Positions 42,053 through 53,113 of a DNA stretch of 64,000 nucleotides are shown in pieces (position 1 is the first letter of the stretch; each line of letters starts with the position of its first letter). The DNA is from Octopus vulgaris (taxonomy: Eukaryota): assembly GCA_951406725.2 (NCBI GenBank), contig OX597829.1:49786001-49850000 (forward strand), given 5' to 3'. The translations under genes were made by a program, and so were the position numbers. Under the pieces are notes generated by a model. That model searched no databases. It saw nothing but the letters and a program-made list of their open reading frames with translations, and was not told the DNA's origin.

Positions 42053-42622
42053 GGCGGCGAGCTGGCAGAAACGTTAAGCACGCCGTATGAAATGCTTAAC
42101 GGTATTTCGTCTGCCGCTACGTTCTGAGTTCAAATTCCGCCGAGGTCGACTTTGCCTTTCATCCTTTCGGGGTCGATTAAATAAGTTCCAGTTACGCACT
42201 GGGGTCGATATAATCGACTTAATCCCTTTGTCTGTCCTTGTTTGTCCCCTCTGTGTTTAGCCCCTTGTGGGTAGTAAAGAAATAGGTATTTCATCTGCCA
42301 TTACGTTCTGAGTTGAAATTCCGCCGAAGTCGACTTTGCCTTTCATCTTTTCGGGGTCAATTAAATAAGTACCAGTTATGCACTGGGGTCGATATAATCG
42401 ACTTAATCCGTTTGTCCTCTCTGTGTTTAGCCCCTTGTGGGTAGTAAAGAAATAGGTATTTCGTCTGCAGCTACGTTCTGAGTTCAAATTGCCTTTCATC
42501 CTTTCGGGGTCGATAAATTAAGTACCAGTTACGCACTGGGGTCAATATAATCGACTTAATCCGTTTGTCTGTCCTTGTTTCTCCTCTCTATGTTTAGCCC
42601 CTTGTGGGTAGCAAAGAAATAG
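42053..42622 (+). mobile_element. SINE family A, three-unit copy
   Basis: Body repeated three times; TSD GTACTAAGTATATAG at 42036-42050 and 42623-42637. Confidence 0.9.
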
Positions 42623-43051
42623 GTACTAAGTATATAGCTGCTGTCATTATCAGAAAGAAAGCATGGTCTAATGGTTAGGTGTTAGACTCATGGTTGTTAG
42701 GTTGTGGAATGTGATTTTTGAAATCAGATGGTTGTGTTGTGTTCTTGAGCAAAACACTTCATTTCTATATTGCCCTGTGATCGTTTTGACATCTCACATG
42801 TAGCATACATGTGCATCTGTTCGGGTAATGTCGATTTGATGGAGCGGGTAGAGTTATCTTTTATATTTCGTCATTTACTTGTTTCAGCCATTTGGCTTCT
42901 GCCATGCTGGAGCACTACCTTCTGAACACAAACATTCGATCACTAGGAGCAAAGCATTTGTGCAGGTTGCTTTCAGCAAGAAATTGTGGAACCCACTACC
43001 CCAACTCGCCCCCGCTCCCACCCTGCCATTTAATGATGGTAGAATCCATAA

Positions 43052-43430
43052 TGTGTGTGTGTGTGTGTGTGTGAATGAATGGGTGAGTGAGTGAGTGAGT
43101 GACTGGGTGAGTGAGTGAGTGAGTGAGTGAGTGAGTGAGTGAGTGAATGAGTGAGTGAGTGAGTGAGTGAGTGAATGAGTGAGTGAATGAGTGAGTGAAT
43201 GAGTAATTGAATGAGTGAATGAGTGAGCGAGTGAGTGAGTGAGTGATAGGGTGAGTGAGTGAGTGAGTGGGTGGGTGAGTGAGTGGGTGAGTGAGTGGGT
43301 GAGTGAGTGAGTGAGTGAGTGGGTGGGTGAGTGAGTGGGTGAGTGAGTGAGTGAGTGAGTGAGTGAGTGAGTGAGTGTGTGTGTAGGCGTGGGGTGGGTG
43401 AGGGTGGGGTAGGTGTGTGGGTGTGTGTCA
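43052..43430. repeat. (GAGT)n/(GGGT) microsatellite
   Basis: Directly visible. Confidence 0.95.
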
Positions 43431-43780
43431 TTGTTCAGTTTTATTTCAAGATTTCTTGCCAACAGAGAAAGAGCTGGTTTCTAGCCTGGATTCAAGGCTC
43501 CTTCATTGGAATTTCAACATCAACAACAGAAGGATATTTTTGCATGTATGTATGTATCAAACTCTATTGTTTCACCAAAAACATTAAATTTCAGGACTCA
43601 ATACAAACGTAGAGCATTCTCTAATGCATTATAACAAAAAGGCTCCAGCCAGTTTCCAGTTCTCAGAGTTGCTTGCTTCTAATAATTAGTTGGTAAACCA
43701 ATCCTGGTTTTCTTGTGAAATATCCACTGTCTGAATATTCTTTGAAATATGAAATGAAAGTTTGAAGGAAATACTTATTC

Positions 43781-44193
43781 GGAGTAAAGATTATTTGCCA
43801 ACATAACATGGCAGTCCTAGTTTAGGATGAATGTTGCTGTAATTTAGCCCCAGGAGACACCGTCTGGGGCTAAATTATAGCAACAATCATCCTAAACCAG
43901 GATTGCCATGTTTTTTCTTATTTCTTTACTGACCACAAGGGGCTACACACAGAGGGGACCTACAAGGACTGACAAATAGATTAAGTCGATTATGTCGAAC
44001 CTAGTGTGTAACTGGTACTTATTTAATCGCCCCCGAAAGGATGAAAGGCAAAGTCGACCCCAGCGGAATTTGAACTCAGAACGTAGCGGCAGACAAAATA
44101 TCACTAAGTATTTCGCCCGGTGTGCTAACATTTCTGCTGGCTGGCCACCTTATCCAGGACTTCCATGTTATGTTGGCAAGCAATCTTTACTCC
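43781..44193. mobile_element. Palindromic MITE interrupted by a minus-strand family A SINE (~43913-44152)
   Basis: GGAGTAAAGATT...TTAGCCCCAG / CTGGGGCTAA...AATCTTTACTCC; SINE flanked by CCAGGATTGCCATGTT / CCAGGACTTCCATGTT. Confidence 0.8.
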
Positions 44194-45164
44194 AAAGTAC
44201 CGTTGCTTAATATCTCTCGTTGTAAGATTTTAAAAATAGTAATTTTCTAAATACTTATTCATATATTCTTTTGTTTAAAAGCCTTTGTGAATGATACATG
44301 AAGCTTCTTTTCAGTTTCCCCACCTACAAAATTTTACTCACAAGGCACAAATTAATGTGGGACAAATAACAGCAGAAGACACATGCCTAAAGTGTTGGGG
44401 CATGGGATTGAAATGAAAATTGCATGGCTGCAAGCCAAACTCCTTATCCACAAACCAAATTTCTCAACCACACACTCATGCTAACATCCGTCTTTGTATA
44501 GAGTTAACGATACACGAACAATATGGAAACGTTCCAAATTTGATGGAAAAAGAAAATTAGATTTAAGTTGACGATTTCATTATCTGATTACAAACACATC
44601 GACTAACAATGGAATGAACGCAAATTTACTCTGATGTCATTCTTCAAATGAATCTAGTTTAGGCATAACCAGCATTAACGTGTACTTTTCGTATCAATTC
44701 CTGATAGTTAATATCCATTATCGCAGCCTGGTGCTTTAATGACATCTTCACATGTATTAATGTACAACTGTCTTTCTTCATCAATTTCTGAAACAACATA
44801 ACAGAAAATGAATTTGTCTCATGTTAAAAGCTCTGCTGTCTTTGTTTCCAGAAATTGCACAATTCTTTCATTTTCTGGGGTTTTTTTTTTTTTGGTGTGT
44901 GGGAGTTACTTTTTACCATTTTTCATTTCCTTTATTTATTTCTTTTTTGATTTTTTACATGTTTCAGTTATAAGACTGTGGCCATGGAGGAGCATTTTCT
45001 TAAAGAGTTTAATCAAACCAATTGACCTCAGAACTTGTTTTTTTTGTTTTTAATCTGGAATTCAATTCTATCTGTTTCTTTTGCTGAATCTCTAAGTTAC
45101 AGGAACAACACAAGCTGTGAAGCAACTAGGTGTGAATAAACACAAAGACAAACACACACACACA

Positions 45165-45223
<59 letters not shown>

Positions 45224-45242
45224 ACACACATGCACACACAAT

Positions 45243-45730
45243 GGTGAGCTGGCAGAATCATTAGCACACTAGGCAAAATGCTTGGTGGCATTTCATCTGT
45301 CCTCACGTTCTGAGTTCAAATTCCATTGTGGTCAGTTTTGCTGTTTAGCCTTTGAGGGTCGGTAAACTAAATACCAGTTGAATACTGGGGGTTGATGTAA
45401 TCAACTTAGCTCCTCCCACAAAACTTGTTGGCCTTGTACCAAAAACATGAAACCATTATTAATACGGTAGCAAGCTGGCAGAATCATTATCACGATGGAC
45501 AAAATGATTAGCAGCATTTCTTCTGACTTTATATTCTGAGTTCAAATTCCACCATAGTCGACAATGTTTTTCAGCTTTTCAGCTTTTCAGGATTGTTAAA
45601 ATAAGAACCAGTTGAGTACTAAAATTTGAAACCAATACTATTATTAATACATTTTTTTCAGGCACAAGGCCTGAAATTTTAGGGGAGGGAGCCAATCAAT
45701 TAGATCATCCCCAGTATGCAACTGGTACTT
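45243..45730. mobile_element. Cluster of old family A SINE copies
   Basis: GAGCTGGCAGAATCATTA...GAGTTCAAATTCC occurs twice, plus an inverted tail fragment. Confidence 0.65.
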
Positions 45731-46149
45731 TAGATGGTGCGTAAATTACATGAACCATAAGCATTTCCAGAATTTGTTTTGAAATTTTTTTTTGTTGGAA
45801 AAAGACATACAAAATGTAAACATTTGTATCGGAAGTTGACTCGTTTAATGTCAGAACAGGTTTTTTCAGAAAAAAATAAGGGCTTAAATATAATGACATT
45901 GACTTTTATTTATGCTGGACAATATAATGCTTAATTTTTCTGTATAAATTTACTAAAACCGTTTAATGGTCAACTACTTTTCAAAGTCTGATGTTCATGC
46001 TAGTAAACATGGTCCAGGCCATATTTTACATTGCTTGGAGTTTCTACCTATTGCAATGGAGCGCCATCAACATACACAGTGATATGGATATTCCTGACCG
46101 AAAAAAATGTAATGATATGGATAATCTTGATTGTATGTTTTTATTTTTG

Positions 46150-46310
46150 TCTGTTTATTACTAGGCACAGTTCTAAGTTTGTCCTACTGTTCGCGCCTAT
46201 TTCGAGCATTGGCTTCCTTAACGTTAAAATGCCTTCCAGTGGCTCTGTTGCCACATTCAAAGGCATATTCAACATATTTAATTCTTCCTTTGCATGAGTT
46301 CTGCCCATAC
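46150..46310 (-). pseudogene. Possible pogo-like transposase N-terminal (Brinker-type HTH) remnant
   Basis: Minus frame IKYVEYAFECGNRATGRHFNVKEANARNRREQ*DKLRTVP resembles the VEYA..GNRAA.RHF.V.E..VR.WRKQ pattern. Confidence 0.45.
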
Positions 46311-46944
46311 CTGACAATAATGGTAATGACAAATTTTTAAGTTTGCTTGATATTTTATAAATGTGAAAGGGATTAAAACTTCGGTACTCCGTATCAAAGG
46401 TTCCGACAAGAATAGGCAGAAAAGAATTCTGTTTACATAATCAATCTGATCAGTCACCTTCCTCTGTTGGTTGAGTAAAGTGTCATCCAAACTGATGTTT
46501 ATTGGTAATTAAACTTAATTTGCGACACCTGTGTGTATTTATCAGCTTTGATTTTGTAAGTAATTCCTATCAACAACTTTTCCTGTGATTGTGATTTGAG
46601 AAGATATACAGCATAATCTCTTGTGGGCAAGAAATGTAAGATAAAGTTCATTATAAACAACACAAACATTTTGTAATTTAATAGTGTTCAATGTGATACC
46701 TGTTAAACAGCATTTATTTTTATTTAATGAAAATTTAATAGAATCTAATCATTAGTAAGTGAAATTATGCTAAATGACAGCTAAATTGGAAACCTTTTTC
46801 CCCTTGGCTATACTGGCAATTCTGAAAACTTTTAGGTGTGACTTTTACATGAGTAGAAGCTTTTCTTAACAAATTTAATCCTGAAAATCACCTGCGTAAA
46901 TTACAGATGTGCAAATTACATAGGTTTTATATGGCATATATATA

Positions 46945-47105
46945 AGACAGGCTTCTTTTAGTTTCTGTCTGCTAAATTCACACACAAGGCTTTGGTTAGC
47001 TTGAGGCTATAGTAGAAGACACTTGTCCAAGGTGCCACACAGTGGGACTGAACCCAGAACCATATGGTTAAGAAGTAAGCTTCTTACCATGCATCCACGC
47101 CTGTG
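46945..47105 (-). mobile_element. SINE family B head
   Basis: Matches 19538-19701. Confidence 0.75.
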
Positions 47106-47704
47106 CCTGTTTTTTTTTTTTTGGCATAATGTGAAGAAAAATGATCCTAGAAAAAAAGAACTCAGAGTTGCCAATGGCGTGTATATGAACAACATATGCA
47201 AATACAGGCATAGCAAACACCATACAGCAAAATTTGTTGGTTTATTAAAATTATCAAAATTATGTGTTTTAATTACATAATGGCAATTGAGATCAACTTC
47301 ATGTGAGAAAGGGGAGATAACCTCAAGAATTAAGAATTCTCTGAAAGGAACATGTTGTTTATAAAAAGGATAGGCTTAATGTCTAGAGATAAGAGAACGG
47401 TTGTGGGCATGTGCTTCTGCTTCAACAGGTGAGCATCCTTGATTTCTGAAGTCATCTCTGTTTTCCGCACAGAGCTAGTCACATCTCTCATTTGCTAATT
47501 ACGACACATCATCTAGAGGAGGAGATTCTTTTAATAAATCAAGAATTTATGCCGTATGGTATTTGATATACCTGTATTTGTTTATGCTATTCTTCAAAGA
47601 CATGCCACCACCTACTCTTGACTTATTTCTCTTTGCTTATTCTTGTTTAAATTTAGCAAAATTACCTCAAATATAAATATGTTCTATTCATTTTTTAATA
47701 TATA

Positions 47705-48102
47705 CTAGCAGTATCGCCCGGCGTTGCTCGGGTTTCTAAGGGAAATAACTATATAAGCATTTTTAGAGAGTTATAGCCAAAAAATAACAAAAAAATTCAT
47801 TAAAAATGGAAAAAAAATTATGGTAAATTTTTTTTTAAATCGTAGACTCATCGTAGACATTTTTAGAGAGTTACTTCCCTTATGTAATAGCGAAAAAATG
47901 CATTAAAATGGAAAAAAATGATGGTAAATCTTTTTTTAAATCGTAGACTCATCATAGATGCGCGCTAATACCCAGAAGGGCTCAATATGAATCACGACTA
48001 TAAGATACCCGGTTTTGGTTAAACTGCACCGCAAAATGTGGGAGTAGTTAGGAATCTAAATCGTAGGAGACAGACACACAACTTCTCTTTTATATATAAA
48101 GA
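47705..48102 (-). mobile_element. Non-autonomous Helitron
   Basis: Minus strand begins TCTTTATATATAAAAG, ends with hairpin CCCGAGCAACGCCGGG then CTAG; inserted between A and T; internal ~110-bp tandem duplication. Confidence 0.85.
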
Positions 48103-48384
48103 TATAAGTCTAAGCTGTTTGGCTACAGGAGATACAATTGGACAGTTGTCAAGCTGATGATGACTACTGAGGCAGAAACATATGTGTCAAGGATTGTCAT
48201 CTGATCTCCAGGCATTAAGCCAGTTCTTTTCCTTAATGGTCTGTCAGCCGTGGAGAAGTCTTGAGTCTTGAGATTATTTCCCCTTGTCATATGAAGCTGG
48301 TCTTAATTACAATTTGGTAATAGTGACACTTCCTGCAGATGTGAAGATAATTTTAATAAATCAAGATTTTATGTTATCTCTTTC

Positions 48385-48564
48385 TTTTTACTTGTTTCAG
48401 TCATGTGACTATGGCCATGTTGGAGCACCGCCTTTAGTCAAGCAAATCGACCCCAGGACTTATTCTTTGTAAGCCTAGTATTTATTTTATCGGTCTCTTT
48501 TTTGCCGAACCACTAAGTTATGAGACGTAAACACCAGCATTGGTTGTCAAGCGATGTTGGGGGG

Positions 48565-48656
<92 letters not shown>

Positions 48657-48789
48657 TCATCATCATCATCATCGTTTAGCGTCCGTTTTCCATGCTAGCA
48701 TGGGTTGGACGGTTCTACTGGGGTCTGTGAAGCCAGAAGGCTTCATCAGGCCCAGTCAAATCTGGCAGTGTTTCTACGGCTGGATGCCC

Positions 48790-48825
<36 letters not shown>

Positions 48826-49002
48826 CACACACATATATACAATGAGTTACTTTCAGTTTCCATCTACCAAATCCACTCACAAGGCTTTGGTCAGCCCGAG
48901 GCTATAGTAGAAGACACTTGTCCAACGTGCCACGCAGTGGGACTGAACTCGGAACCATGTGGTTCATCATCAAGCTACTTACTACACAGCCACTCCTACG
49001 CC
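48385..49002 (-). mobile_element. SINE family B with a nested RTE-family 3' tail (~48654-48792) in its (TA)n linker
   Basis: SINE halves flank (TA)n-(CAT)n-CGTTTAGCGTCCG...GGATGCCCTTC-(TA)n. Confidence 0.8.
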
Positions 49003-49346
49003 TATATATGTTATATGTTTTATTTTAATAAATCAAGATCTTATTTGAGTGAGAATTACTTCTCTTAGCAATAGGGAGTTTCTTGCTTCCAATCATCAGC
49101 GGGTAGACTGAACCTGGTTTTTCTTTGAAATATGAAATAAAAGTTTGAAGGAAACACTTAGATCTTATTACATTACATTTAAAAACCTTTGTGAACATCA
49201 TTATAAGCAAAAACATATACATCGAGTTTCTTTTCAGTTTCCCATCTACAAAACTTTTAACTCACAAAGCACAAATTAATATGGAACAATAGTAGAATTA
49301 CTTCTCCTAACACTAATGAAGACTTTTTGGTACTGGAGGTAAATAG

Positions 49347-49423
<77 letters not shown>

Positions 49424-49485
49424 AGAAACAGAGACAAATAGACAGAGAGAAAGACACAGAGAAAGTGAGAGAGAGAGAAAGTGAA

Positions 49486-50260
49486 AACCTGATTGACATG
49501 AACATTTTCCCTCACTTCATGCACATAAAGGGAAATATACTCACACACACACACACACAGAGGGGGAGGGATAGAGAGAGAGAGAGAGAGAGAGAGATTA
49601 TAATTAATTGGACATGATTATTATAAATACTTTCCCTCTCCTCAGACACATACATGGAAATACGCTCACACACATATACAGAGTGAGAAAGAGTGGGAGG
49701 GAGAGAGAGAGGGAGAAGAGGGGGAGAGAGGGAGAAGAAGGAGAGGGGGAGTAGAGGGAGAGGGGGAGAACAGGGAGAGGGGGAGAACAGGGAGAACAGG
49801 GAGGGAGAACAGGGGGAGAGAGATTGCAATCCATTAATTGAACCTAACTGACATAAACACTTTCTATCTCCTCAGACACCATAAAGGGAAATATGGTCAC
49901 AAGGAAGGAGAGAAAAGATGGGAAGAGAGAATGGGGGGAGAAAGAGAGAGAGAGAGAGAGAGAGAGATTATAGAGTATTAATTGAACACAGTTGACATAA
50001 ACACTTTCCTTCTCCTTAGACACATAAAAGGAAATATGGTCAGAGAGCGAGAGAGAGAGAGAGAGATTACAGTTTATTAATTAAAAATAATTAACATTGA
50101 ACCCTTTCCATTTCCTCAGACTCATAAAAAGAAAGAGAGAGAGAGAGAGAGAGATTGCAATTTATTAATTGAGCCTGGTTGACATAAACAGTTTCTCTTT
50201 CCTTATACGCATAAAGAGATATGTACGTTCACGGGGAGTAAGAAAGAGGAGGTGGGAGAG
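49486..50260. repeat. Minisatellite: ~6 copies of a ~65-bp unit separated by variable GA-rich spacers
   Basis: ATTAATTGAAC..TTGACATAAACACTTTC..CTCAGACACATAAAGGGAAATAT recurs at ~49486, 49605, 49832, 49977, 50075 and 50164. Confidence 0.8.
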
Positions 50261-50689
50261 AGAGTAAAAAAACATTAAAAGGTTGTGTCAAATAAGTCAG
50301 CCTTAAACTGGTGCCACTTAATGGTTGGTGCCAAAACAGCTGAACTAAAACATCTCGTACACGTAATAAATTTCCCCATCCAGAGAGGTGAAATGGTAGG
50401 TAGATCGTATAGGAGGGTTAAGGAAAGATGCCTGGTGGTAGTTATTCTGGTCCCTTTGTGTTCTAACAGCAACACCTTCCAAGACACTCGTAATCGGTTG
50501 AAACCTGCAGCTTTTCTTCTTGGAAGACCATCGAGCAGTGCAGAGGGGGTGGAGAGACTGGCATTAGGGGTCAGCTGCCAGTTTTCTTTAAAAAAAAAAA
50601 AAAAAATTAAATAATACTATGATTACTCCATTTCAAAGAGGTGCTCCAGCATGGCTGCAACCCCAAAAAAAGAGAACCGTTTCCCTTCT

Positions 50690-51180
50690 AACTACCACCA
50701 CTGCCTCCACATCCATCACCACTACAACCACCACCACCAACATCACCATTGCCACCACGACCACCACAACCACCACCACCACGATCACATCTACCACCAC
50801 CATCACCACCACCACCACCACAACAACCACAATAATCGCCCATGATACCACCTCTACCATCACCACCAATATCACCATGACCACCACCACTGCAACCACT
50901 TCCACCACCATCACCACCACCACTACCATCGCCATCACTGCCACTACCATCACCACCACTACAACCATTACTCCTCCCACCATCACGACCACTACCATCG
51001 CCACCATTCCAACCATCACCCCACCATCATCACCACTACCACTATCACCACCATGACCACTACCATCACCACCATTACAATTATCATCCCCACCAGTATC
51101 ACCACTACCATTACCACCATTACAACCATCACCCCCACCACTACCACCATCATCACCCCCCACCACCATCACCACCATCA
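50690..51180. repeat. Degenerate (CAC/CAT)n trinucleotide repeat
   Basis: Directly visible; source of the poly-Thr ORF. Confidence 0.92.
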
Positions 51181-51893
51181 ATACTGTGTGTTTAGTACGA
51201 TTCCTGCAGTAACTAATGAATCTGTTGAATGCAATTGCTACTGTGTCTGCAATGTCCGGTATTGATGACAGTACCATTGTCTTCCTTTTATCTTTATTTT
51301 TTTTTTTTGTGTGCCATTGTCTGATCCCAGACCAGATTCCATTAGACTTAGCTCGGTTCCAATTCCTTCCTCCATTTTAACCCAGCGATGATGTCATCGA
51401 GGTCGGTAAAAGAGTTAAGATGAATGGAAACTGAACATCGTTTCGGTTCTGACAAAAGACTCTCTTAACATACAATGGCAAAGACTTAATTGAAATATCG
51501 GTGGATCTTTGTATTTTGGTAGCAGCAGTAGCAGCAGCAGCAGTAGCAGCAGCAGTGACAATGTCAACGAGAACAAAATCAACAATAACAAGATGAAGGA
51601 AGATCCAATAATTCAAAGTACGGAACAGATTCACACACCGATTCTTTCAGAAATTTCCAAATGAAAACAGAAGAACAAGAGACAAGGATTAACAATATCA
51701 TGCATCATTAGTTTCTAATGAGTGTATAGCCATACGAGTATAATTCGTGTACATACATGTGGGCGCTTACCAACCACATGGTTCTGGGTTCACTCCCACG
51801 GTGTGGCACCTCGGGCAAATGTCTTCTACTGTAGCCTCGGCCCAACCAAAGCCTTGTGAGTGGATTTGGTTGATGAAAATGTAAAGAAGTCCG

Positions 51894-51930
<37 letters not shown>

Positions 51931-51933
<3 letters not shown>

Positions 51934-53113
51934 TCATCGTCATCATCATCATCATCATCGTTTAATGTCCATTTTCCGCGCTAGCACGGGTTGGACGGTT
52001 CGACCGGGGTCTGGGAAGCCAGAAGGCTGCACCAGGCTCCGGTCTTATCTGGCAATGTTTCTACAGCTGGATGCCCTTCCTAACGCCAACCACTCCGCGA
52101 GTGTAGTGGGTGCTTTTTACGTGCCACCCGCACAGGTGCCAGACGGAGCTGGCAAACGGCCATGAACGGATGGTGCTTTTACGTGCCACCGGCACGGGGG
52201 CCAGGCGAGGCTGGCAACGAACACGAGCGGATGGTGCTTTCGGCACGGGGGCCAGGCGAGGCTGGCAACGGACACGAAAGGATGGTGCTTTTTACGTGCC
52301 ACCGGCACGAGGCCAGTCGGGGCGGCGCTGGCAATGGTCACGAACGGATGGTTCTCTTATGTGCCACCGGCACTGGTAACTCAGCTGCAATTTCCATTGA
52401 TCGATTTCGATTCTGATTCTCACTTGCCTCAACAGGTCTTCACAAGTAGAGTTTTGTGTCGCAAGAAGGGAAGGTATGCATACGTAGGCTGGCTCCATCC
52501 CATGTAGAAGGCCACGGGTTATGGACTCACTTGTCCTGCAGGGTCTTCTCACGCACAGTATACTTCCAGAGGTCTCGGTCTCTAGTCATCTCCTCAGTGA
52601 GACCTAAATTTCGAAGGTCGTGCTTCACCACCTCGTCCCAGGTTTTCCTGGGTCTGCCTCTTCCACAGGTTTCCTCAACCGCTAGGGTGTGGCACTTTTT
52701 CACACAACTATCTTCATCCATTCTCACCACATGCCCATACCAGCGCAAACGTCTCTCTTGCACACCACAACTGATGCTTCTTAGGTCCAGCTTTTCTCTC
52801 AAGGTACTTACACTCTGTCGAGTATGAGTACTGACATTACACATCCATCGGAGCATACTGGCTTCATTTCTTGCAAGCTTACGCATATCCTCAGCAGTCG
52901 CAACCCATGTTTCACTCCCATGTAGCATGGCTGTTTGTACACACGCATCATACAGTCTGCCTTTTACTCCGTGCGAGAGGCCTTTTGTCACCAGCAGAGG
53001 TAAGAGCTCTCTGAACTTTGCCCAAGCTATTCTTACTCTAGCAGTTACACTTTCAGCACACCCGCCCCCGCTGCTGACTTGGTCACCTAGGTAACGGAAG
53101 CTATCAACTATTT
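51931..53113 (-). pseudogene. 5'-truncated RTE-like LINE (same group as 56740-60890)
   Basis: EIVDSFRYLGDQ...AMLHGSETW...QERRLRWYGHV...GRGRPRKTW; 3' UTR repeats; (GAT)n tail inserted in the (TA)n after a family B SINE head (51775-51897). Confidence 0.92.

Noticed and set aside
49486-50260. CRISPR-like array
   Set aside because: Eukaryotic context, long degenerate repeats, low-complexity spacers, no cas genes
51377-51663. Signal-peptide-like minus ORF / Ser-rich plus-strand exon candidate
   Set aside because: Non-ATG start, driven by an (AGC)n repeat, no linked exons or homology visible
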